A DNA stretch of 62,822 nucleotides, counting the filler, from Sanchytrium tribonematis (taxonomy: Eukaryota): the NCBI GenBank assembly GCA_018985235.1. It is 5 parts of 5 records of this genome, joined end to end, with 100 filler letters (N's around TTAATTAATTAA, not from the genome) between each part and the next. Parts side by side here need not be neighbours in the genome. Positions count along the whole stretch, not along the records: positions 37,819 to 50,282 come from JADGIG010000216.1; positions 50,383 to 62,822 come from JADGIG010000217.1; 3 more parts are not named here. One strand, written 5' to 3'. The notes beneath the pieces were generated by a model. The model saw only the letters and a list, made by a program, of their open reading frames with translations. It made no database searches and was not told the DNA's origin. Shown piece by piece: positions 42,007-52,302 of this stretch. Position 1 is the first letter of the stretch; each line of letters opens with the position of its first letter. A program made the translations under genes and the position numbers.

Positions 42007-42975
42007 ATGCGGTTCCCCTTTGCAACGAGAATGATACGGCGGCAAGCAATTTCACCTGAATATTTAGATAAGTACAGTAAGGAACAATTAATTGCCATAT
42101 TGTCCGCGTATGGTAAAAATTGCACCAAAAGATCCACATTTGACCTTAAAAGTATGCTTCTCAGCTTAGTCAACAAAAATCATGAAATCACTCATGAAAT
42201 TCTTGATTTGGCATCTGACTGTCAATATAAAATAGATGCCATCGTGGGTCATAGAATTGGAATCATGAATGGAGAATTGAGGCTTTTGTATAAAATTAAA
42301 TGGACTTCTTTCGCAGATTTGACTGAAGAAGACGAGGACAACTCAACTATCAAAGAGCATATTTTACAATATTACCACATAATAGGAAGTACTGAAGAAG
42401 AAGTGAAGCATAAATTATATTCTTCTGCTTTGCATCAAATTGGAGAAATAAGTCTGATTTTTGTAAAGAAATCGTCCGGATCCAGACCAATGTTAAACAT
42501 TCCTTGCAAATGGAAAGTTAGAGGTAAAATTATATCCACCATTGAAAATGAGGATTTGTTGACCAAGAAATGTTTAAAGAAAGTAATCGAGGCCAAAATT
42601 AGAACTAGTTTTTTAGACAAGTTGGATCAGCTTTTAAATAGTACCGTAAATACTATTTTAAGCTCAAACTCTGATAGGGATGAGTATTTAGTGCAGCTTA
42701 ACAGGAAGCCGAACAAAGCAATACTTCCGAGGAAATATCTTTATAACACATTGGCATGGGCAGATAGCGAATTTAATGTAAAAGCACAAGCGGCTGCCAG
42801 CTTTAGTCCATTGGTAGCTAAAAAGCGACTAGAGCTCATTGAAGATGCTTACAAGTATGAGAGAGAAGAAGAACAATTTTGCGATCCCTTGATCGATTTC
42901 GATAAAATTGTAAAGTCCTGCAAACTGGGAGTTCCATTTTCATGTTCCAAGTCACAATTTATTTTTCAAGGTTGA
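42007..42975 (+). CDS. Protein with SAP-like helix-extension-helix and chromodomain-like region
   Basis: LDKYSKEQLIAILSAYG...DL..ML; YKIDAIVGHR...YKIKWTSF..T.E.E.N. Confidence 0.55.
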   Translation: MRFPFATRMIRRQAISPEYLDKYSKEQLIAILSAYGKNCTKRSTFDLKSMLLSLVNKNHEITHEILDLASDCQYKIDAIVGHRIGIMNGELRLLYKIKWTSFADLTEEDEDNSTIKEHILQYYHIIGSTEEEVKHKLYSSALHQIGEISLIFVKKSSGSRPMLNIPCKWKVRGKIISTIENEDLLTKKCLKKVIEAKIRTSFLDKLDQLLNSTVNTILSSNSDRDEYLVQLNRKPNKAILPRKYLYNTLAWADSEFNVKAQAAASFSPLVAKKRLELIEDAYKYEREEEQFCDPLIDFDKIVKSCKLGVPFSCSKSQFIFQG

Positions 42976-44086
42976 AAATTTTCACTTTTTTAATGAATAT
43001 AATACATCTGTCATCACGCTTATCAGAAGTGCAAGTAAGTCTTCCCTGACATGCCAATTTCTCAAAATCATTCAATGCGCTTTCAGTAAATCCATCAGTG
43101 GCCAATGTTAATTTATCTAGCTCGCTAAGATGTAATTTTTTAATGAAGGAGTCTCTAATAAACACTTCATCAGATAATTTCTTCAATTTAAACGAGTTTT
43201 TTTGAAAAAGTGATTTAACTATGAATTCGGTATTTCTATTTGGATGATCCAAGTCAGCAAATTTGAAAATATGTCTCTTTAATTCTACATTCTCTTGGTC
43301 ATTTTGATAGTCACAAACCATGTTGAATAAATCCATGTCTTCTAAAAAATCTCCTACACAGCCATACATTCTATAGCCACCTAGTCCCAGTCTAGTTCGG
43401 TAATACTGTACTCTTTCATAATTGTACGAATAACACACGTCATTTCCAAATAAAGCATTTTTGCTTGTCATTACAGACGCAATGTCACTCAAGTCATCAC
43501 AAGAATGCGCAATGATTGTCTCATTATTAACTCGTATAAAAGAATCACCACATGTTCCAACGTAGATCATTTCATTTTTGTGTGTAAATAGGGCAAACGT
43601 GAATGTACTCCCTCCTTGAAAGTTGTGCATAGCTTCACTTTCCAAAATTTCATCTTTCAAAGTAGTGTGCAAAAATTCGCTGAATTTGGTCAGGTGTTTC
43701 TCTAAAGCTATTGACTCTTCTTTTTTATATAAAAAAACTGGCAGTAGTGAAATAGCGAATTTTTCGATATAACGGACAACATAATACTTTCCATGTCCAT
43801 CGCAAACACTAAAAAACGAAATATCCGAAAAGTCATTTTCGATAAATTTTTTCAATTCTTTCCAATCTACATGTGACAAAATTGAACAATTTGGCATTGA
43901 TAAATCAATTTCATGTTTGGCCTTTTTATTTGATTCGTTTTCTTTATCCTTAATATCGATATAATCTATCAAGGAATTACAACAGAATTTTCTGTCTTCC
44001 CCACAAAAATTATTCCATATACCGCTATAAATTACAAAATTTTGATCCCCAATTTTAAGTTGGCCTTTACCAGGTACGTCTACCAT
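42959..44086 (-). CDS. Divergent PP2C/PPM-family phosphatase
   Basis: ED, VCDGHG, GGST, CGDS, LATDG, DDR motifs; first ATG 44086. Confidence 0.8.
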   Translation of the reverse strand: MVDVPGKGQLKIGDQNFVIYSGIWNNFCGEDRKFCCNSLIDYIDIKDKENESNKKAKHEIDLSMPNCSILSHVDWKELKKFIENDFSDISFFSVCDGHGKYYVVRYIEKFAISLLPVFLYKKEESIALEKHLTKFSEFLHTTLKDEILESEAMHNFQGGSTFTFALFTHKNEMIYVGTCGDSFIRVNNETIIAHSCDDLSDIASVMTSKNALFGNDVCYSYNYERVQYYRTRLGLGGYRMYGCVGDFLEDMDLFNMVCDYQNDQENVELKRHIFKFADLDHPNRNTEFIVKSLFQKNSFKLKKLSDEVFIRDSFIKKLHLSELDKLTLATDGFTESALNDFEKLACQGRLTCTSDKRDDRCIIFIKKVKIFNLEK

Positions 44087-44151
44087 AACTCCTAATAAAA
44101 TAAAGATGGCGAAATATATAGTCTCCAAGTTTTGTGAAAATGGTTCTCGAG

Positions 44152-44469
44152 TCACTGTTTATTGGTCAATTGATATAAAACTGGTACATCTGCAGCAGAT
44201 AAATTGAGATGTTCAGCGATTACATTTGGATCCTGTTTCTGACTACCAGATTCACTTTTAAATACACTGAGTGTGTGAACGTAACCATGGAAACTCAAAT
44301 ATTCGTAAATTAGACTATTTATCAATTCAGAGGAAGTGTCAGTATCTACTGGATCGTGTTCCTGAAGTAGCAACTGAAAAGCTTGCTGTTTTAAAGAAGC
44401 CTGTATCTTGTTCCATTCACCATTTAATTTCAAATGATTTCGAAATGAATTTTCAAATTCGTTTGACAT
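44152..44469 (-). CDS. LisH/FOP-dimerisation centriolar protein FOR20 (FOPNL/CEP20)
   Basis: L...G...KI.A.L....F..L; LINSLIYEYLSFHGY.HTLSVFKSESG; VPVLY. Confidence 0.82.
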   Translation of the reverse strand: MSNEFENSFRNHLKLNGEWNKIQASLKQQAFQLLLQEHDPVDTDTSSELINSLIYEYLSFHGYVHTLSVFKSESGSQKQDPNVIAEHLNLSAADVPVLYQLTNKQ

Positions 44470-44494
44470 TCGTTTGGGTTTCAGTTAATTTTAA

Positions 44495-44689
44495 ATGAAA
44501 ATTGCAGAAGAATTGAATCGCTGGTGGAATCAAGAGTCCTACTTTATAACCAGACAATCTAAAAAGAATGGAGTCTCACTAGAAATGATTGAGGCTGGTT
44601 TAAAAGAAAAGCATGAATTTCAGAAGAATTTGCAGAGCTACCGAAATCCTCTTAAATCTGATTCCTTTTGGTCTTTGAATGATTCTTGA
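44495..44689 (+). CDS. Small hypothetical protein
   Basis: 64-aa ATG ORF exactly filling the gap, followed by AATAAA. Confidence 0.4.
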   Translation: MKIAEELNRWWNQESYFITRQSKKNGVSLEMIEAGLKEKHEFQKNLQSYRNPLKSDSFWSLNDS

Positions 44690-44707
44690 TAAATAAAATT
44701 ATTTTTC

Positions 44708-46093
44708 ATGTTGAAAGGAGTAATGAGGCTTTCCAAATCGCTTTTAAGCAACGAAGATGCTAAATGGATTCAATTATCGAAGCTTAGCTACGGGATGAAG
44801 GGCAAGACTCATTTATGGGAAATGGCTGAACGAAAACATAAAAAAGCTGAAGTAGATGCGATTATAATTGCACCAATCTTGGTAAATAATGGACCACCTA
44901 AAACAATTTTGGCTTTACAATATAGACCACCTATTGATAAAATAAGTGTCGAATTTCCTGCTGGATTGACCGATGAAGGAGAGTCTCCAGAAACTACGGC
45001 ATTAAGAGAATTAAAGGAAGAGACAGGATATTCTGGAAAAGTTATTGCAACTAGTCCTGTTCTAAGCAGCGATCCGGGGCTTTGCAATTCTTTATTTCAA
45101 ATTGTTACGATTCAGGTAGATCTGAAGCATCCTGATAATTTAAATCCCACTCAATCCTTACAAGGTGATGAAAACATCGAACTAGAAATTATAGAGGTTG
45201 AAAAATTGTGGAAAACTCTGAACTCCTATAGTGATAAATACTGTGTGGATGGAAAGCTTTACCAATTCGCAATGACAATGAAACCTTTTCAATTAAATGA
45301 CACCCAATTACAATTTTATGAAGAAAATGGATACTTAGTAATAGAAGATGCTTTGCCAAACCATCAAAAATACCTTCAACACGCTATTCAGCTTTCACAA
45401 AATTTCGATCCTGATGAAACAACAGTTTTTTCTACTGATGAGTCTCAGCATACAAGAGACAAATTTTTTCTAAATTCTCACAATCAGATTAAATACTTTC
45501 TTGAAGAGAATGCTACGAAAGAACTTTTAAAAAGCGATAAAGGGAAGTGCGTCAACAAAATAGGACATGCCTTACATGCATTGGATTCAAAGTTTAAAGA
45601 ATTGAGTGATTCTGCTTTAGTTTATACGATCAGTCAGCAACTTGGTTTTAAGGATCCCAGCATTATGCAAAGTATGATAATCTACAAGCAGCCAAATATT
45701 GGTGGGAAAGTGAATCCACATCAAGACGGAACTTTTCTACATTGTGAAAAATTAGTGGGCTTTTGGTATCCTCTGCAAGACACAACTACTGAAAATGGTT
45801 GTATATATGTTGCACCCAAAAGCCACAAACATCCCGTGTCTAAGATTTTTGAAAGAAAAGGAGATTCTGTTGAATTTAAGGAACAATCGAAGCAATTGGA
45901 TCTCGAATATATTCCAGTTCCCATGAAAAAGGGCTCGCTTTTATTGATCCATGGCAATCTATATCATCACTCCAAGGAAAATAATTCAGATATGTCTAGA
46001 ATAGCATATACATTTCATGTTGCTGACGGAAAGTGGGAAGATTCTAATTGGATTAAAAAATCAGGGACTTCTTATTCATTAAATAAAATTTAA
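44708..46093 (+). CDS. Fusion: ADP-ribose pyrophosphatase (NUDT5/Ysa1-like) + phytanoyl-CoA dioxygenase-family (PHYHD1-like) domain
   Basis: QYRPP..EFPAGL.D.GE...ALRELKEETGY, DPG; then FYEENGYLVI, NKIGHALH, QSM.IYKQP.IGG.V.PHQD, H.S..N.S..R. Confidence 0.9.
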   Translation: MLKGVMRLSKSLLSNEDAKWIQLSKLSYGMKGKTHLWEMAERKHKKAEVDAIIIAPILVNNGPPKTILALQYRPPIDKISVEFPAGLTDEGESPETTALRELKEETGYSGKVIATSPVLSSDPGLCNSLFQIVTIQVDLKHPDNLNPTQSLQGDENIELEIIEVEKLWKTLNSYSDKYCVDGKLYQFAMTMKPFQLNDTQLQFYEENGYLVIEDALPNHQKYLQHAIQLSQNFDPDETTVFSTDESQHTRDKFFLNSHNQIKYFLEENATKELLKSDKGKCVNKIGHALHALDSKFKELSDSALVYTISQQLGFKDPSIMQSMIIYKQPNIGGKVNPHQDGTFLHCEKLVGFWYPLQDTTTENGCIYVAPKSHKHPVSKIFERKGDSVEFKEQSKQLDLEYIPVPMKKGSLLLIHGNLYHHSKENNSDMSRIAYTFHVADGKWEDSNWIKKSGTSYSLNKI

Positions 46094-46117
46094 AATCCAA
46101 AAAAGGCAATAGCAATT

Positions 46118-46585
46118 TTAGTTTATTTTGCAAAAACTTTTGGGAACTTGGAAGAGTGCAACATTGCAAGCAACTAATCCAACTATACTGAATCCAACTC
46201 TAGCCCAATGAGTAAAAGTGAAATTTTCAACTTGTTTATGTAATTCTTCTTGATCCGAGTTCATTAAATTGGAAATATCTTCGCCCATCACAAAACCAGT
46301 CCACAAAAAAGTAGAAAGATATGAAGCTGCGGATAGCAACCAGTAATAGTTACGGTTCAAATAAAATGCAGTAGAACTTAGTATGAACCCACCAAGTTGT
46401 AGAGGGACCATGAGTGAGGCACCTTTAGGCCACCATTGTTGAAAGTATTGCTTTACTACAGCGTCATTCTTTTTCTCTAATAACTGCTTTAATGCTTTAC
46501 CATCTACAAAACCAACGAACAGCAATGCACCACAGGCCATTCCATTAAATGAAGTTGATAATTGAAATATTGTAGAAGAATTCAT
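46118..46585 (-). CDS. Four-TM membrane protein, DUF1772/anthrone-oxygenase-like
   Basis: Four hydrophobic helices, WT..VM...I..L, H..R near the C-terminus. Confidence 0.6.
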   Translation of the reverse strand: MNSSTIFQLSTSFNGMACGALLFVGFVDGKALKQLLEKKNDAVVKQYFQQWWPKGASLMVPLQLGGFILSSTAFYLNRNYYWLLSAASYLSTFLWTGFVMGEDISNLMNSDQEELHKQVENFTFTHWARVGFSIVGLVACNVALFQVPKSFCKIN

Positions 46586-46667
46586 TTCGAGGGGAATTCG
46601 GAAAAGGATTCGCTCATGCTTTACAAATTTACATTTAAAATTTATTGTGCATATGTAGGTATTTAGT

Positions 46668-47456
46668 TTAATCTAAAAATTCCAAGGATTTCTCATCTTG
46701 TGCAGAGTCGAATCTACTTGGCAGTCTCGACAAGTATGACTTGTTCACTTCTTCTAAAAGCTCATCGTAAAACCTAATTAGCATGTATAGTCGTAATAGA
46801 TACGAGAATGGTCTTAAACTCTTGTCAATATTATTAGCTGCTGCTTTGGATATAATTAATAGCAAATCTATCGTGATTAACAAGATTAAAGAAGCACTCA
46901 GTTCATAGATTAATTTTTTCTTTGCATCATTCCTGTATTCTAATATTTCCATGAGCTTTTGAAACAAAATTGAATACAGAAATATTTCCAAGACTGCAAT
47001 CAAAACACTAAATGTTATCGCTATTATATAAGATACATATTTTAAAGAGCTGCCAACATCCCCATCAATGTATAAACTAGTAGTTCCGATTGTATTATTT
47101 GGTATCATGATGATCAACATAATCCATGGTGTCCAGGAAACCAATTTATCATATTTGTTATTCAGTCCCAAAGATTTAATTCTCATGGCATACAAATAAT
47201 TGGAACAGAATATCATTAAATACCATGCAATAGATCCAAATATGGAATGAAATATGCCTGGAACACCCAAATAAATAGTGATAGTCACCATTGTTCCATG
47301 CAATATGGCCGCAATCAAACCAATGATAATCAAAATAAAAAATTTTCTGCCTTTGTTTGGAAATACAATAAGTGCTTTACATAGAGCTTGTAAAAATAGG
47401 AGCACGTCTGCTCCATAAATAGCAAATGCTATAATGAAATTGGCATCTGGAATCAT
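46668..47456 (-). CDS. Putative seven-transmembrane receptor-like protein
   Basis: About seven hydrophobic segments, R after TM3 (YAMRI), basic loop after TM5; first ATG 47456. Confidence 0.6.
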   Translation of the reverse strand: MIPDANFIIAFAIYGADVLLFLQALCKALIVFPNKGRKFFILIIIGLIAAILHGTMVTITIYLGVPGIFHSIFGSIAWYLMIFCSNYLYAMRIKSLGLNNKYDKLVSWTPWIMLIIMIPNNTIGTTSLYIDGDVGSSLKYVSYIIAITFSVLIAVLEIFLYSILFQKLMEILEYRNDAKKKLIYELSASLILLITIDLLLIISKAAANNIDKSLRPFSYLLRLYMLIRFYDELLEEVNKSYLSRLPSRFDSAQDEKSLEFLD

Positions 47457-48549
47457 AATTACTGTTTCAAGGAACTGTCTATGAATGGAACATTTGAAGG
47501 AATAGTCAGGCAATCAACAGGTGCAACAAACATATGCTGAATTACCGATGGCTAATATATCAATCGGCAGGCTATAATATCAGATTATCGTTATTTTTGA
47601 ACCAAATGAGCTAAAAGAGAAAGCCACTAGTCTATTCTCAGACTGCTACGATATTTACAATCGAACTTTAAAATTTTGAAAAGATTTTATTGATTTTGAA
47701 CTAGGAAACGAGAGTTGTAGCTGTAATTATTTTTTGGTGTCTGACCAAAAGTTTGTAAAAAGTACAACAGATTGGAGAAGCATTAAACAAAAATTCATTC
47801 GATATTTCTAAACACGTTTGACTAAAAGTTCGCCTTCTACTATGCCTTCTCTTCACCTTTGAATTAAATTTATTATTATTTGTGAATGTTTAAAATCGTT
47901 TAATATTTCATGGATACGACAGATTTCTTGAGTCTTAATGAATTGTTAAAAGGCCCCTACCTAATTTGTTTTTCATATCTCTGAACGACGTGGCATCCAT
48001 ATTTCGCTTTGTCAAAATGATAAAGGAAATGATTTCGTACAACTCCGGGAACATTTACAAGTATTGAGGTGTGTCTCCACAGCCAAAAAAACCAGTTGGC
48101 GATCAAGTGGTATTTCATTCTAACAGATTTCACAAGTGTCAAATCAGATATATAACTAAATATTACGTATTCTATACCGGGTAAAAAATAAATTTAAAGA
48201 TTTTGTTCTCTTAAAAATTAATTATGATGTTCAAATCGGATATGAAGTGAGCCTGCATGGTCAATAAGAAGCTTCACCGGCATATTTTTCGCAAAATGAA
48301 AGTTTGAGGCTCAGGAATATTTTACTAACGTCTCAAGCTGTAATTGAAATGGAAGGCGGGAAACACAATGGTGCATCTCGGACATAGATGACAACGTATC
48401 ACAAAGGTCCGACAAACATAAAATTTTTAAGGTTATACTCGATTTAAAGTAATATTTAATATCATACTCTGATTTAATTGTTTTCAAAAAGAATACCTTT
48501 TAAAAAGTTCCTACAATGGGATATTTGAATCCTTGTAGCAAGCCATGTT

Positions 48550-49401
48550 TTACAAAAAAGTCAAAGTGACAAGAATACCCAAATGGTCAGATGGGTATAA
48601 ATTAGGAATGGTATCAGAAATGAGATAAGTTCCTAAAAACTGAAAATCAGTGACTTTGAAGTACTTATTTTCTCTAAAAAGAAGTCGATCAATTCGTCTA
48701 TAATCCATTTCTTTAAGCGGCTGAAATTTGCCAAAGGTGAATCCATTTTCATTACCACCAATCTGATTTTTGTCCCGACATTCCCAACAGTCTTTCCATC
48801 CCAAACTGTACAAATAATCTGATTCTACTTGATCATTGTAAATATTAAAATCTCCACACAGTAAGCTGGTGTCATTATTCAGTAGACTTGCGGATTGATC
48901 CCACTGTGACTTTCTCTTTTCAAAATCTACTTCATTGGATTCAAAGTGCGAAGTTCCCACACTAAATTCCAAATTCCTGAAAGAAAAGGTCGCAACGAGA
49001 AGCGATCGACCCATTGCTGTAAGAACGAAATCATATTTTTTAAAGTTCAAAAGAGCAATTTCTCTTCTGATCAAAATAGCGCAACCATACCAATTTCCAA
49101 ATTGATTATCGTCTATTCCCGATAAGATGTACCTTTTTTGAATGACCGGCGACTGAGATAATATAGACAGAAATCCACTTGTGCATTCTTGAAGTGCAAC
49201 AATATCTGCATCTGTACTTTCAATTTCAGAAATTATTTTAGGAAATCTAATTTTGGAAGTTGATGCATCAAACCAAATATTCCAGCTTAATATTTTTAGT
49301 CGATCGCTAGAAAAATTTGTCTGCTTATAGTTATATTCTGACCACCCACTCTTTTTTATGGGTAAAAAACTATTTTTCCAAATCATTGGTTGCAATTGCA
49401 T
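48550..49401 (-). CDS. EEP-family phosphodiesterase (TDP2-like)
   Basis: ILSWNIWF, DIVALQE, MGR, SHFES, CGDFN, DCW, RIDR, PSDHLG; start uncertain (ATG 49401 or further upstream). Confidence 0.85.
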   Translation of the reverse strand: MQLQPMIWKNSFLPIKKSGWSEYNYKQTNFSSDRLKILSWNIWFDASTSKIRFPKIISEIESTDADIVALQECTSGFLSILSQSPVIQKRYILSGIDDNQFGNWYGCAILIRREIALLNFKKYDFVLTAMGRSLLVATFSFRNLEFSVGTSHFESNEVDFEKRKSQWDQSASLLNNDTSLLCGDFNIYNDQVESDYLYSLGWKDCWECRDKNQIGGNENGFTFGKFQPLKEMDYRRIDRLLFRENKYFKVTDFQFLGTYLISDTIPNLYPSDHLGILVTLTFL

Positions 49402-49703
49402 CTTTTGTTCTCCAAGAATTTCAAAAAATAACCACATATTGCGCAATGGTATCTGATCCAAAAAGAGGTATTTATCGAAATGATGCACTTGTATGTAAAT
49501 AATTGCTAATATACATAGCATAACCCATCGAGACTGTTTAATCACAAGCACTAGTTTATTAAGAAAGGCAACAAGTACTGAATACTGAAAACAAGGATCT
49601 CTCGCTACCTCATAGCAGATATCCTCAAATTTACAGTCCTGTCCTTGAGCTGTTGCAATAACTTTAAAAAAAACTCAAAATTCTCAACAATTTTCAAAAC
49701 ACA

Positions 49704-50282
49704 ATGTTATCCAAAGCTTTATTGAATATAACTTATAGGTTAGATCAAAAAATTGGAATTATATCCATGAATTATCCACCAACAAATACATTGACTAAAG
49801 CTTTCGTCGAAAATTGCCACAACATTTTGGATGTTGTTGAGGAAAAACCGCCTTTAGTTATTGTTATGGAATCAGCAGCAAAACATTTCTGCGCTGGAGC
49901 TGATTTGAAAGAGAGAAGAAAAATGGATCATGTGGAGGTAAAACTTTTCGTTGACTCTTTAAGACAACTAACTCGACGAATTTTCGAGCTTCCATGTCCG
50001 ACTATTGCTGCAGTTCATGGAAGTGCTCTGGGAGGTGGTTTAGAACTGGCTTTATCATGTGATTTGAGAGTTTTTCAAGAAGATGCAAAAGTTGGGGTTC
50101 CAGAAGTGGGTTTAGCGATTATTCCTGGTGCATTAGGTACTCAATTTTTAACGCGATTAGGGGTTGGACTTGCCACTGAAATGATTTTAACAGGCAGAAT
50201 AATAAGCGGGAAAGAGGCATTAAGTAAAGGCCTTTGTCATTTTTCGGCAGAAAACGCAAAAGAAGAGGCCATACATCTAGCC
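49704..50282 (+). CDS. Enoyl-CoA hydratase / methylglutaconyl-CoA hydratase (AUH-like), truncated by contig end
   Basis: FCAGADLKER, PTIAA..G.ALGGGLELAL.CDLR, PE..LAIIPGA.GTQ. Confidence 0.92.
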
Positions 50283-50382
50283 NNNNNNNNNNNNNNNNNN
50301 NNNNNNNNNNNNNNNNNNNNNNNNNNTTAATTAATTAANNNNNNNNNNNNNNNNNNNNNNNNNNNNNNNNNNNNNNNNNNNN
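50283..50382. other. Artificial contig spacer N44-TTAATTAATTAA-N44
   Basis: Same spacer sequence. Confidence 0.97.
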
Positions 50383-51028
50383 TTTAACGAATGCTGGTCA
50401 AAATTGCTGCAAACCGTCGTTAATATTTGTGCCAAAATCAATTTATGAGAAATTTGAAATATCTTTATGCAATTTTTGTGAAAAATACCCAATTATTCCG
50501 CTCTCAAATGAAGTTGTATTTGACAAATTTAACTTAGATACAAAAAATTTAGAATTGCATCCTGCTGTGAAAAAAATAGTGGTGAAATCTCAATTTTTAC
50601 AGAATCACGTTTTCTCAACAAACCCCATTTTGTATAAATTCAACGAATGTATAGAAGACAAGGCACCATTGTTTAAGGAGATTTTTGGACCAACTACAAC
50701 CTTAATTCTATATGACAATTTGACGGAAGTCTTGAAAATACTTGAAACCAACAAATACAAATTAGCTTTAGGCGTTTTTAGCTCAAATACCGCCTGGGCG
50801 CTTGATATTATATCTAAACTTAAATATGGGATGAACTGGATCAACGCGTACAACAACTGTCCTCCTGATTTAAGTTTTGGGGGTTCTGAATTTAGTGGAA
50901 CTGTTTGGTCTAAAGATTTAGGACGTCAGTCAATGTACTGCTTGACAAAACAAATCTCAGTCTATAATACATTTATTGATACAAAAAGAAATGGAAATGA
51001 TAGGGAATTAGTCGATGACAATTCTTGA
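50383..51028 (+). CDS. Aldehyde dehydrogenase family protein, 3' part
   Basis: Frame opens at the contig start with LTNAGQNCC (catalytic Cys), then EIFGP, Y.L..GVFS, G..WIN, SFGG...SG. Confidence 0.85.
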
Positions 51029-51300
51029 ATTTCGTTGCATTTTTCTATAGTCACAACTGGGTATTTGAACTCAAATTGACATATTTTGCTGGACAAATAT
51101 ATGTTTGCAATGTCTTTTACTCCATGTTTATCGCAAATGTTGTAATCTTTATTTTCAAGTACTTTATCAAAATAGGTTTTGACATACAAAGTCTCATTTC
51201 CTGATTTGCACAAAGACTGAATCTCCAATGATCTCATTGGAATCCCTAATGCATTTATTTGTACGAATATGGGATAAATGTTGCACAGTAATAAAAACAT
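50962..51300 (-). CDS. Small hypothetical protein, possibly secreted
   Basis: Hydrophobic N-terminus, several Cys, upstream TTCCC motif. Confidence 0.45.
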   Translation of the reverse strand: MFLLLCNIYPIFVQINALGIPMRSLEIQSLCKSGNETLYVKTYFDKVLENKDYNICDKHGVKDIANIYLSSKICQFEFKYPVVTIEKCNEIQELSSTNSLSFPFLFVSINVL

Positions 51301-51391
51301 TCAAAATGATAGGGAATTTTATTTTATCCCCATTCAAACCCCATTTTTATGCGCAACTAATATTGATTGGGCCCATTTTTTAGCGTGACAA

Positions 51392-52243
51392 TCACAATTC
51401 TTCCTGATTGGTGTTTGGCAGACTTTGGTTTTTTGGCAATGCTTCATCGAAAATCGAGTTCCATGCATATTCTATTGTGGAACTTATAATGGTAGTCACT
51501 TTTGGCTTATTTGAGTTTGGAAATTTGCTTATTGCAATATAGGTTATCATAAAAATTACAATAACAAAAATAAACATTAACAGCATATAACATGTTGTCC
51601 GCCAAGTATCAGAATGCACCTTTTTAAGTTTCAACTGCTCTTCAGTCAAAGAGGCGGTATTTGCAGTCATTAAAAATTGAGTATCAAATATTGTTGTTGA
51701 ATCTTTTTGAAGGATTTGATTGAATCTCAGTTGCGATTCCTTTAAATCATTACCCATTCCTCGCATTTGCAGAAGGACCTGTTCCTCAAGTTCACTCTTT
51801 AATTTTTCCAGCTCCACTAAATCAAGTTCGTCTTCCTTTAATAATTGCTCTGATTTCGACTTTGGCTTTTCTTCTGTTATCTCAGAGTTATCGTTCTCTA
51901 TTGAGCTTGGTGAATGATTTTCCAAAAGTTCCTTTCGTTGTTCAGCTGCAATCTGAGCATTGAGTTGAATCTCCCTTTTAATTAATTCCATATTCACCTT
52001 TTTTGGCTTAGTTTTGATTTTCTTGAAATGTAAATTAAATAAATCTAAACAACGTTGCTTTAAAGGCGAAGCAGAATGTTGAACATGGTAGTACAATTTC
52101 ATTAATAATATTTTATCAGGTTTCCCCAAAAGCAATTCCTCTATGTACATCATTTTCAATTGCTCTTTTTTCTCAAAAAAATTTGAGTCTTGCTCAATAC
52201 TTTGCTTTAAAATTTCAGTTAAGGCTGGGGAAATGTTCGCCAT
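51392..52243 (-). CDS. Use1-like ER SNARE
   Basis: Heptad motif with LK.....F...L..D and N...L..E..KL followed by a TM helix. Confidence 0.7.
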   Translation of the reverse strand: MANISPALTEILKQSIEQDSNFFEKKEQLKMMYIEELLLGKPDKILLMKLYYHVQHSASPLKQRCLDLFNLHFKKIKTKPKKVNMELIKREIQLNAQIAAEQRKELLENHSPSSIENDNSEITEEKPKSKSEQLLKEDELDLVELEKLKSELEEQVLLQMRGMGNDLKESQLRFNQILQKDSTTIFDTQFLMTANTASLTEEQLKLKKVHSDTWRTTCYMLLMFIFVIVIFMITYIAISKFPNSNKPKVTTIISSTIEYAWNSIFDEALPKNQSLPNTNQEEL

Positions 52244-52302
52244 GTTACAAAATAAAATTGCAACTTAAAAATGTAATCCCTATTTTTTTGAAACAAGTCG
52301 AA

